A stretch of 64,000 nucleotides of DNA, from positions 1,917 to 65,916 of the forward strand of contig JAHYJV010000002.1 of assembly GCA_019428855.1 (NCBI GenBank). The letters run 5' to 3'. The notes under the pieces are model-generated. The model did no database searches and was not told the origin of the DNA. It worked only from the letters and a program-made list of their open reading frames with translations. The DNA comes from Patescibacteria group bacterium (GTDB lineage: Bacteria > Patescibacteriota > Minisyncoccia > JAHIHE01 > JAGLIN01). The position numbers and the translations under genes were made by a program. Numbering within the stretch: position 1 is the first letter of the stretch; each line of letters starts with the position of its first letter. Below are positions 42,903-51,477 of this stretch, piece by piece.

Positions 42903-43117
42903 TTATTTAGATTATCAGTTACACAAAATATCACTTTGAATTGTAATATTTTACAAGCAATTCTCAATGAACTACATATGCGTAGAAGATCCTTATTGAC
43001 ACATAAAAACTTAGCCATTTCAAATTAATTCTCACAGCCAAAGACGCAACGCTTTTGTGTCTCACACGGCAAGAAAAAAGACTTCACAATAATTCAAAAT
43101 ATTTCTTTCCTTTGAAA

Positions 43118-43726
43118 TTACTCCGTAATTCCATCTAAATTGACATCATACAAAATTTCTTCAGCGATTAAGCGATAATCAAAAATTTCTTCTGCCGAAA
43201 ACCAATGAGCAATTTCCGCTTTCGCATCATCAAGAGAACCAGAAGAGTGAATCAAATTTCGAATTGGTCGTTGATCAACATCTGCTATTTGATATGAATC
43301 TAATGTATAATCTCCTCGAATTGTACCTACATCCGATGAAAGTGGCTCTGTTCCACCCGTAATTTTTCGCACCAAACCAACAGCTTGATTTCCCTCCCAA
43401 ACCATGGCGATTACAGGACCAGAAGTCATATATTTTTTCAAGCCATCCAATACTTTTTGTCCCACTGCTTTTTTGTCTCTTGAAGGCGGTTCAACTCCTC
43501 TTCTTTCATAAGAAGAAATTGACTTTTTTCCCACCTTCTCAACCCACTCTGGATCAATCAAATAGTGCTGTTCAACTTTTTCCTCAGTTGCTTGAATCAT
43601 TTTCAAGGCTTTCAACTTCAAACCCGTTCTTTCATATTTCTTGATTATCTCGCCAATCAATGTCCTTTGAATTCCGTCTGGTTTTATGATTACCAATGTT
43701 TTCTCTTTCTTTGGGTGATTTTCCAT
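43118..43726 (-). CDS. ndk: nucleoside diphosphate kinase (long form, 202 aa)
   Basis: 'KTLVIIKPDG', 'TSGPVIAMVWEG', 'GTIRGDY' and 'NLIHSSGS' (active-site His). Compared with ~140-aa enzymes it has an internal insertion of about 30 aa and a C-terminal extension. Confidence 0.85.
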   Translation of the reverse strand: MENHPKKEKTLVIIKPDGIQRTLIGEIIKKYERTGLKLKALKMIQATEEKVEQHYLIDPEWVEKVGKKSISSYERRGVEPPSRDKKAVGQKVLDGLKKYMTSGPVIAMVWEGNQAVGLVRKITGGTEPLSSDVGTIRGDYTLDSYQIADVDQRPIRNLIHSSGSLDDAKAEIAHWFSAEEIFDYRLIAEEILYDVNLDGITE

Positions 43727-43874
43727 TTTTTTTTACTTATTATTTAATTATTATACTACTTACCTATAAGCTATATTATATCATCTAAATTGTTTTTCTC
43801 ATAATCAAAAACTCCATTCGCCTCTTTATTCAATTTATTACTCTAATTATTACTTTCGATTATTTCATAATCTC

Positions 43875-43903
43875 TTTATATCACAATTTTTCTTATTTTA
43901 CAA
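43875..43903 (-). promoter_or_regulatory. ndk promoter (TTGTAA-17-TATAAA)
   Basis: Reverse complement of ttacaa (43898-43903) and tttata (43875-43880), with an exact 17-nt spacer. Confidence 0.5.
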
Positions 43904-43911
43904 TAAATTGT

Positions 43912-43962
43912 GGCTCTACACTAATAACTGTGGTGGATAACCAAAGAAGTGATAGAATTATA
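43912..43962 (-). repeat. promoter-proximal conserved module, copy D
   Basis: Identical to copy C over 62 nt (43900-43962 region, caataaattgtggctc...gaattata). Starts 8 nt from the -35 hexamer. Confidence 0.95.
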
Positions 43963-44000
43963 CTTAAAATAATATCAAAATGTTTATATTTGTCATTTCG

Positions 44001-44057
44001 AGCGACGAGAGGAGTCGAGAGCCACCCTCTTAATCACTCTAAATCTTATCCAATATC
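44001..44057 (-). repeat. GC-rich hairpin module, copy D
   Basis: agcgacgagaggagtcgagag..cctctta..ctaaat.ttatc.aatat, collinear with 40339-40395. Confidence 0.8.
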
Positions 44058-44117
44058 ATTTCCCATAAAGCGATTTGTCGACGACTCTACTACCCTGATT
44101 GGAATAAAAGCTTAAAA

Positions 44118-44984
44118 TCACTCAAACACTAAATCACCAGCCTCATCCGTGCGAAAAAATTCAATATTCAAATTCTTAAGACGATTCAATAATTCTTCTG
44201 TGGGATGACCATAGCTATTTTTCCCCACGGGTATAATAGCTGTCTGAGGATTAACCTTTCTTAAAAATTCATTTGAAGTGGCATTTTTGCTGCCGTGATG
44301 GGCAATTTTGAGAATAGTTGCTTCGATATTAATATTTTTTTCTAATAATTTCTCCTCAAGCACAAACCCCGCATCGCCCGTTAATAAATATGAATTATCT
44401 TCCATATCAATCCGAAGAATAATTGAAGCATCATTATCATCTTTCATTTTCACATCTTTAAGATTATCGAATGGATAAAGGATTTTAATGTCTATACCAT
44501 TTACATTAATTCTCTGTCCGAACTCGGCGTATTTGATGGGAATATTTTTTTCCTCCACGAGCTTATCCCACTGCTGACAAATCGCCGTTTCGCACGCAAT
44601 TCCTGTTTCTAAAATCTGCCGAACTTCATAATATTTCAAAACCTCAACTAAACCACCCATATGATCCTTGTCTGGATGCGTCAAAATTAACAATTCTATC
44701 TTCCGATCCAGCAGGGGCATATACTGGCCAAGCTTTTCTAAAATTTTTTCCCCGTCTCCCCCGTCAATTAAAATCTGCACACTACCTCCTGCATCAACAA
44801 TTGTGGCATCGCCTTGCCCTACATCTAAAAATATAATTTTTACATCATCAATTTTACTCTGATTATCATCTAAAAACAACAAAAAAACATTCGATGTAAT
44901 CAACATTAAAAAGATTATAAATATATATTTTTTTGAAATGATTGACATTTTTATCAGAATAAGTATGTTGAACTTTTTAATCAC
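44118..44984 (-). CDS. MBL-fold metallo-hydrolase (stand-alone ComEC C-terminal-type domain)
   Basis: 288 aa. Signal/TM helix, then 'LDVGQGDA', 'THPDKDHMGG', 'LLTGD' and 'AHHGS', the motif set of the ComEC beta-lactamase-like domain. Confidence 0.85.
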   Translation of the reverse strand: MIKKFNILILIKMSIISKKYIFIIFLMLITSNVFLLFLDDNQSKIDDVKIIFLDVGQGDATIVDAGGSVQILIDGGDGEKILEKLGQYMPLLDRKIELLILTHPDKDHMGGLVEVLKYYEVRQILETGIACETAICQQWDKLVEEKNIPIKYAEFGQRINVNGIDIKILYPFDNLKDVKMKDDNDASIILRIDMEDNSYLLTGDAGFVLEEKLLEKNINIEATILKIAHHGSKNATSNEFLRKVNPQTAIIPVGKNSYGHPTEELLNRLKNLNIEFFRTDEAGDLVFE

Positions 44985-45040
44985 AAGAACAGTTGTAATA
45001 AAAAATAATTACACCCATAAACTAATGAAGAAATACTTTC

Positions 45041-46648
45041 TTACTTTTTTATATTTAGCAATAATATCAGAATTCCATAATAAACTATCCCGAACCAAAT
45101 ACTAATTTTTTCAAAACTAAAAAAGCCAAACTCAACTCCTGCAAAAAAATTAATGATAGCAAGCTGGAGAGATAGAATTAGCCAAACGGGAACTACCAAA
45201 ATTTGTCCAATTACAAGATTTACAAATCCCGCCATAATAGAAATTATACCTCCAATCATCACCACTGGCACAAAAGGTAAAACCAAAATATTGGCAAAAA
45301 CAGAAAGAACAAAAAACTGTCCAAAGCTTTTCATTATAATGGGCAAAGTGGCAATTTGTGCTGAAATAGTAATTAAAAACATACTTTTTATTTTCAAAAA
45401 ATCAGGATATTTTTTGAAAAGCGAATCTAGTTTTGGGAATATATATATTATACCAAGCACTGCTAAAAAAGAAAGTTGGAAACCTGTATCATACCGCAAT
45501 AAATTTGGATTAAATAGAAGCATTAAAGAACCTGCAAAAATTACCGCAATTCCAGCACTTGAGATCCGACCGACCTTAACTGCCAATAAAATCATCACAC
45601 TCATTACAGATGCCCGCACAGCTGAGGGAGGAAAACCAACTAATGTCACATAGAAAAAAATACCCAGAACTGCAAGATAAAAGGCAAAATTTCGATTCAA
45701 CCCAAAGGCAAGCAAGAGAAACATAATCAACACCCCTATAATCGTCATATGTAGCCCCGAGATAGCGATTATATGCCTCGTGCCAGTTCGATTAAAGCCC
45801 TCTAGAGTTTCGTCGCTTAAATCAGATTTTTCACCCAAGACCATTGCGTTAATAATTCCCGCTTGAGGTTGTGAATATATTTTTCGGGCAACCTCACTCG
45901 CCCTTTTCCTATAAATAGCAATTTGTAATTGTATATCTTTGTCCGCATTTTCTATAAGCTCGACTTTTGGATAATATACAACAAAATATATTCCCTGAGC
46001 AAATAAATAATCTTGATATTCAAAACCATCAAAATCTTCGGGAACATTTAATTTTCCTTTAAGGCTAATTTCATCTCCCCTGTTATATTCCGGATATCTC
46101 TCAAGATAAACTATTACATTTCCCAACCTAGACAAACTATTTTCAATCTGCTCGTTTTTAATATTGCTTAACACAATCTTCTGTTTACCATTCCTGATGG
46201 ATGGTGCTTCCGATATTTTTCCCTGCAATAAAATTTCCTCTCCGTTGAGATTTTCGATAAATGAAATATCATTATTCGTCAGCTTATTTATTTCAATTCT
46301 GATCAAACCTAAGGAAAAGAAAATAATAAATACAAACAAGGCAAGAGGAAATAGATTACGAAATGAAGCTAAATTAATGATTTTGGTCCCCTGACCCATC
46401 TCATCAGAAAAAATATTTTTTATATCTTTCAGGTTATTTTTATCGCAGGCGGTATTTTTTAAGCCCCTCTCATAATTCGTATTGGAGGATATTTTCTTGT
46501 TTTTAAGCAAAAAAATAAGTGCAATACAAAATCCCACTATCAAAAACAAAATCCAAACCTCAACCGCATAAAAAGACCCGACCGCAATTCCCATAATAAA
46601 AGAAAGGCAACTTAACAAAAAATATTTTGATTTAGTCATAAATCTCAA
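45041..46648 (-). CDS. comEC: ComEC/Rec2 DNA-uptake channel protein (OB-fold plus competence domain, no MBL domain)
   Basis: 535 aa polytopic membrane protein. 'FNRTGTRHIIAISGLHM', 'GFPPSAVRA' and 'GFQLSFLAV' are ComEC competence-domain signatures. Possible start at 46639. Confidence 0.85.
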   Translation of the reverse strand: MRFMTKSKYFLLSCLSFIMGIAVGSFYAVEVWILFLIVGFCIALIFLLKNKKISSNTNYERGLKNTACDKNNLKDIKNIFSDEMGQGTKIINLASFRNLFPLALFVFIIFFSLGLIRIEINKLTNNDISFIENLNGEEILLQGKISEAPSIRNGKQKIVLSNIKNEQIENSLSRLGNVIVYLERYPEYNRGDEISLKGKLNVPEDFDGFEYQDYLFAQGIYFVVYYPKVELIENADKDIQLQIAIYRKRASEVARKIYSQPQAGIINAMVLGEKSDLSDETLEGFNRTGTRHIIAISGLHMTIIGVLIMFLLLAFGLNRNFAFYLAVLGIFFYVTLVGFPPSAVRASVMSVMILLAVKVGRISSAGIAVIFAGSLMLLFNPNLLRYDTGFQLSFLAVLGIIYIFPKLDSLFKKYPDFLKIKSMFLITISAQIATLPIIMKSFGQFFVLSVFANILVLPFVPVVMIGGIISIMAGFVNLVIGQILVVPVWLILSLQLAIINFFAGVEFGFFSFEKISIWFGIVYYGILILLLNIKK

Positions 46649-46904
46649 TTATTTTTTCACTCTTTTTTTCTCCTTTTATTATCGTAATTTTACTCTTTGC
46701 AATTTTTAGTTCTTTTGCCAATAATTTTACCAATTCTTTATTCGCTTTTCCATCTACTGGAACTGCAGTTAGATATATTTTTAAAAATGGTAAATCATCT
46801 TCACCCTTATTTTTTTTAAAATTTAAATCCAGCTTAAATAAACTATCTAAACCAACTACTTCATTTCTAGAAGACCTTGTTATGACTTTGCAATTAACTT
46901 TCAT
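46632..46904 (-). CDS. DUF167/YggU-family protein
   Basis: 90 aa. 'LKIYLTAVPVDGKANKELVKLLAKELKIAKSKITIIKGEKKSEK' matches the YggU pattern (PxxGxAN..L...LA..L.V.KS.V.I..G..SR.K). Confidence 0.8.
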   Translation of the reverse strand: MKVNCKVITRSSRNEVVGLDSLFKLDLNFKKNKGEDDLPFLKIYLTAVPVDGKANKELVKLLAKELKIAKSKITIIKGEKKSEKIIEIYD

Positions 46905-46938
46905 AAAATTCTATAAATCCATTTATTGTTCCAAATAA

Positions 46939-47658
46939 CTACGAGATAACAACATTTTTACAGCTAGTGCGTATTTTTTTTGCTATCTCCTCTAAATATT
47001 CGTTTTGATGAGGTATAACTTTTTCAAAGTCCCGATGAAGAGTTTTTTCCGGTTTAAAATTCTGAACTGAATACCGATATAATTTTGAAAATGTTTTTTT
47101 ATTAATTCCGTTTATCCATTCCATAATTTCGTCAAAATCATTGAGATTAACATATCCAGGAACAACTGTAGTTCGAAGCTCTAATTCACTTCTACTTTTG
47201 GTAATTAAGTCTATACAGTTTTCGATTTCTTCTATAACATCATTTCCTTTAGTCATAATCTTATATTTTTGCGGAGTTGTCTTTATGTCAATGGCCCAAT
47301 AGTCAACCAAGTCTTTATTTAATAAATTTCCAACAACATTTGAGTGTGATGCGTTGGTATCGAGTTTTATTAAAAATCCCATTTCTTTTACATTTGTCAG
47401 AAATTTAATCAAGCCAGATTGCAATGTTGGTTCTCCACCAGTTACACAAATTCCGTCTAAATCCCCTTTTCTCGAAACCAAAAAATCAAGCACATCCTCT
47501 TCACTGATTTGATTATCATAATTTATTAATTTTGGATTTACAATTTCCGAATTATGACAAAAGGGACAACGAAAATTACAACCCGAGGTAAAAACAGTTG
47601 CCGCAATTTTTTCTGGATAATCAAGCATTGTAAATTTTTGAAATCCTCCAATTAACAT
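46939..47658 (-). CDS. nrdG: anaerobic ribonucleotide reductase activating protein (radical SAM)
   Basis: 239 aa. 'GCNFRCPFCHN' CxxxCxxC cluster motif and 'GICVTGGEP'. Immediately downstream of nrdD. Confidence 0.88.
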   Translation of the reverse strand: MLIGGFQKFTMLDYPEKIAATVFTSGCNFRCPFCHNSEIVNPKLINYDNQISEEDVLDFLVSRKGDLDGICVTGGEPTLQSGLIKFLTNVKEMGFLIKLDTNASHSNVVGNLLNKDLVDYWAIDIKTTPQKYKIMTKGNDVIEEIENCIDLITKSRSELELRTTVVPGYVNLNDFDEIMEWINGINKKTFSKLYRYSVQNFKPEKTLHRDFEKVIPHQNEYLEEIAKKIRTSCKNVVIS

Positions 47659-47834
47659 AAAAGTAAATCAATTAATTAATTTGATTACAAATAATACAGA
47701 TTATTTCCTCTTTCTGGCAAAAATTAGTTTTTCAAAAAAATTAAGCAACAAAAAAATCACAAACATAAAAAACATTTGAGATTTTATTTATAACAATTTT
47801 ATTTTTCAATAACATAATCGTATTGATAATAACT

Positions 47835-49577
47835 TTATACTTCCGTGGTTGCAGTGATAATATCGGGATATTTTTTAGTATCTTTTCGAGCCAAACTATA
47901 GGATGTTCCCTCTCCTGGAGTTGCTTCTAGATTGAATAATCCGCCTGTTTCTTCTTGATATTTAATCATTCTCTCACGCATAAACTCCAGAATATCTTGA
48001 GCAAATTTATTTCCTTTTTTTGTGGCGACATTCGTTCTTGTTCCTTTAAAATTTAGCAAAGCCTCATTCATACCAATAATTCCAATTGTGGAAAAATGAT
48101 TTCCCCAATATTCCCCTCTTTGAAGTTTTATATTTGAAAGAAAATATTTTGAATACGGATACAATCCCTTTTCCGTAAAAACTTCCAGATTCTTACGTTT
48201 AATTTCAAGACTTTCTTTTGCTAAATCCATATTCTTCCCTAATCGTGCATAAAATTCCTTCTTATCTTTTGAGAGATAACCGATTCGAGGAAGATTAATC
48301 GTTACTACTCCAATCGAACCTGTCAGTGGATGTGCCCCAAAAAGTCCACCTCCTCGTTTGTAAAGCTCACGATTATCAAGACGCAATCTACAACACATTG
48401 ATCTGGCATCTTCTGGTTTCATATCAGAACCGATATAATTTGCAAAATAAGGAATTCCATATTTTGCCGTCATTTCCCAAATTGGATCTAGATTTGGATC
48501 ATCCCAATTGAAGTCCTTTGTAATATTATAAGTGGGAATTGGAAAAGTAAATACACGACCACTAGCATCACCTTCAAGCATTACTTCTGCGAAAGCTCTA
48601 TTCAAAAGACTCATTTCATCTGTAAAATCTTTGTACTGTTCTTTTTGTGCAACACCTCCAATAATTACGAATTCGTTCGCAAGTGTAGAAGGAACTACCA
48701 AATCCATCGTGATATTTGTAAATGGAGTTTGAAATCCAACTCTCGTAGGAACATTCATATTAAAAACAAATTCCTGTATTGCTTGTTTTACATCTCGATA
48801 GGTCAATTGATCATATTTAATAAAGGGAGCCAAAAGAGTGTCAAAACTAGAAAAAGCTTCCGCTCCAGCTGCCTCTCCTTGAAGTGTATAGAAAAAATTT
48901 ACAACTTGACCTAAGGCAGAACGGAAATGCTTTGGAGCTTTACTTTCAATTTTTCCACTAACACCACCAAAACCGTGGGTTATCAACTCTTTTAAATCCC
49001 ATCCACAGCAATAAACTGCCAGTAGTCCCAAGTCATGTATATGAAAATCACCGCTTTCATGAGCTTCTCTAATTTTTGGCGGATAAATTTTTTCAACCCA
49101 ATACTTTGCAGTAATAATTGTCGAGATATGATTATTCAAGCCTTGTAAAGAAAAAGCCATATTGCTATTCTCTTTCACTCTCCAGTCAATTTCCTTTAAA
49201 TAATCATCAACCAAATCGATTGATTTTTTCATTACATCCTGACTTTCTCTTATTAACCTATGTTGCTCGCGATAAATTATATAAGACTTTGCTGTTTCGA
49301 TATAATTTTCCCTAATGAGGAATGTTTCCACGATGTCCTGCACTTCCTCCACAGTCGGAATTTCAACTTTCAGCTTTCCTCCACCATTTCTAACGGTAAA
49401 CCTTTTGTTAATTTCACATTCAACTTTTTTCGCAAGATTAACTGCATTCCTTTTGGAACCTTCTTCTGTGGCAATAAAAGCTTTAGAAATCGCATTAATG
49501 AGTTTCTTTTTTTCAAATTTAACAACTCTGCCGTCACGCTTTCTAATTTCCTTAACTTTTATTTTTTTTGAATCCAT
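47835..49577 (-). CDS. nrdD: anaerobic (class III) ribonucleoside-triphosphate reductase, lacking the C-terminal glycyl-radical domain
   Basis: 580 aa. N-terminal ATP-cone ('KRDGRVVKFEKKKLINAI'), 'GDFHIHDL', finger-loop 'SMCCRLRLD' at about aa 394, and 'NLEATPGE'. It ends '...ITATTEV' at a TAA stop, with no Cys4 Zn site or RxCGY motif. Confidence 0.85.
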   Translation of the reverse strand: MDSKKIKVKEIRKRDGRVVKFEKKKLINAISKAFIATEEGSKRNAVNLAKKVECEINKRFTVRNGGGKLKVEIPTVEEVQDIVETFLIRENYIETAKSYIIYREQHRLIRESQDVMKKSIDLVDDYLKEIDWRVKENSNMAFSLQGLNNHISTIITAKYWVEKIYPPKIREAHESGDFHIHDLGLLAVYCCGWDLKELITHGFGGVSGKIESKAPKHFRSALGQVVNFFYTLQGEAAGAEAFSSFDTLLAPFIKYDQLTYRDVKQAIQEFVFNMNVPTRVGFQTPFTNITMDLVVPSTLANEFVIIGGVAQKEQYKDFTDEMSLLNRAFAEVMLEGDASGRVFTFPIPTYNITKDFNWDDPNLDPIWEMTAKYGIPYFANYIGSDMKPEDARSMCCRLRLDNRELYKRGGGLFGAHPLTGSIGVVTINLPRIGYLSKDKKEFYARLGKNMDLAKESLEIKRKNLEVFTEKGLYPYSKYFLSNIKLQRGEYWGNHFSTIGIIGMNEALLNFKGTRTNVATKKGNKFAQDILEFMRERMIKYQEETGGLFNLEATPGEGTSYSLARKDTKKYPDIITATTEV

Positions 49578-49738
49578 AATTTTTGATTAATTTATTTATA
49601 ATATACTTTAATTTAAAAAAGCTCCAATAAAAAAACGCCCTTAACAACAATTAACTACCGTGTTGATCTATACTTTCCGATAAAGACTGGTTTTGTTTTT
49701 AAAACATCTCTTAACGAATAAAATATTTTTATTTTTAT

Positions 49739-51004
49739 TTATTCATCTTTGCTCATTTTTTTTCTTATAAATGCCGGCACATCATATTCATCATCAGATT
49801 TGACTGGATTAATATTTGATGTGAATATTCTCTCTTCTTTTTTCTCCTCAAAATCATCTCTAGAAATATTTAAATTATCAGCTTCGTCTGTGTTGTTGTT
49901 ATTATCTTCATTTTTATTTTCTTCTTCATAATTAAAATCATCTTTTTTCTTAAATATTTCATTATTAATTACCGAACTTAAATTTGCAACTTTTGATGAT
50001 GTTTTGAATGAATTAGCATTAACACCGATTCTTTTGCTTGTATTATTTTTTTCTGAAAATCCCGTTGCAATGACAGTTATCTTTATTTCCCCCTGTTTTA
50101 AATTTTCATCTGTAATTGCTCCAAAAATAACTTTAGCATCATCATCAATAAATTCAGTAATGACATTTGCCGCCTCATTTACTTCCATCATGGTTAAATC
50201 AGGTCCACCACTAACATTGAACAAAACTCCTCTTGCTCCATCAATTGACATCTCCAATAGCGGACTATTAATTGCTTGTTTAGCGGCTTCAATCGCTCGA
50301 TTCTCACCAGATGCAATTCCGATACCCATTAATGAAGATCCAGCACCCTGCATAATAGCTTTTACATCTGCAAAATCTACATTAACAATACCTGGAATAG
50401 TAATTAAATCAGATATTCCTTGAACGCCCTGTCGCAAAATATCATCTGCAATCTTGAATGATTCAAGTAGAAGTGTTTTCTTATCAATCACTTGCAAAAT
50501 TTTATCGTTTGGTATAGTAATAATTGTGTCAACTTGATTCATTAAATTTTCTAATCCTTCATCTGCGATTCTCCTTCTTTGTATTCCCTCGAAAATAAAT
50601 GGTTTTGTTACAACTGCAACCGTAAGTGCTCCTGCTTCTCGTGCGGCCTCTGCGATAATTGGTGCAGCACCTGTTCCAGTTCCGCCACCAAGCCCGCAAG
50701 TTATAAAAACCATGTCTGTATTTTTTAACACATCTTGGATTTCATCTTTATTCTCTTCAGCAGCTTGTCGTCCAACATCTGGATTCATACCCGCACCCAA
50801 GCCTCTAGTCAGATTTTTACCAATATGAATTTTTTCACCTGCTTTGCAATGATGAAGATCTTGAGAGTCAGTATTAATCGCAATAAATTCTACTCCACTC
50901 AAACCCGCTTCAACCATTCTACTTATTGCATGGTTACCGCTTCCACCAACACCAACAACTTTTATTCTGGCGAATGTTTCAAATTCTGGTTTAATTTCTT
51001 TCAT
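49739..51004 (-). CDS. ftsZ: cell division protein FtsZ
   Basis: 421 aa. 'GVGGSGNHA', '[12 protein letters not shown]', 'NVDFADV' and a C-terminal 'DVPAFIRKK' peptide. Confidence 0.97.
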   Translation of the reverse strand: MKEIKPEFETFARIKVVGVGGSGNHAISRMVEAGLSGVEFIAINTDSQDLHHCKAGEKIHIGKNLTRGLGAGMNPDVGRQAAEENKDEIQDVLKNTDMVFITCGLGGGTGTGAAPIIAEAAREAGALTVAVVTKPFIFEGIQRRRIADEGLENLMNQVDTIITIPNDKILQVIDKKTLLLESFKIADDILRQGVQGISDLITIPGIVNVDFADVKAIMQGAGSSLMGIGIASGENRAIEAAKQAINSPLLEMSIDGARGVLFNVSGGPDLTMMEVNEAANVITEFIDDDAKVIFGAITDENLKQGEIKITVIATGFSEKNNTSKRIGVNANSFKTSSKVANLSSVINNEIFKKKDDFNYEEENKNEDNNNNTDEADNLNISRDDFEEKKEERIFTSNINPVKSDDEYDVPAFIRKKMSKDE

Positions 51005-51477
51005 ATAATTAATAACTTAAATTATTTTACTTTGACTGTTTATATTTTACCTTTTTTAGAAAATTTAGGCAAGACATGTTTACAAGCTTTATTAAGATGT
51101 CTATCTCTAATAATTATATGTAGGGATTTGTAATAGCATAAACAATTAACAAAACAATCAATACTACTAAGTCATATGAAATCATTTTTCCATATTTTAT
51201 TTCTTCCTTTTTATCTCTTCTTTCTAAAAAATATTTAATACCGCCATATATGAATTCAAAAAAAATCCATGTCAACCCCAAAAACCAATTAATTACACTG
51301 AAAATTAAATTATCCGCAACAACTCCTCTTAGTTTTAGAAATTTATCTTTAATATGATTTAAAACATTTTCCGTGCTTCTCTTTGTGTCCTTCGTATTCT
51401 TTTGTTTAATTTTGTTTAATTTTTGAATTTTTTAAACGTTATACAAAATTATTTTTTAAATTTTATCTATCAAGATT

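Noticed and set aside
43930-44115. Track ORF 43930..44115(+) ('...SFRATRGVES...').
   Set aside because: It starts inside the conserved promoter-proximal module and reads through the GC-rich hairpin module, which is repeated at the DNA level in other non-coding gaps. It is a translated repeat, not a gene.
49749-51133. Plus-strand track ORFs antisense to ftsZ (49749..49931, 50004..50423, 50735..51133). Similar antisense ORFs occur in nrdD, comEC, ftsA, dnaJ and uvrB.
   Set aside because: They are mirror-frame artefacts opposite highly supported genes. For example, 45153..45653 lies opposite comEC and 61240..61608 opposite the 539-aa gene. No independent evidence supports them.
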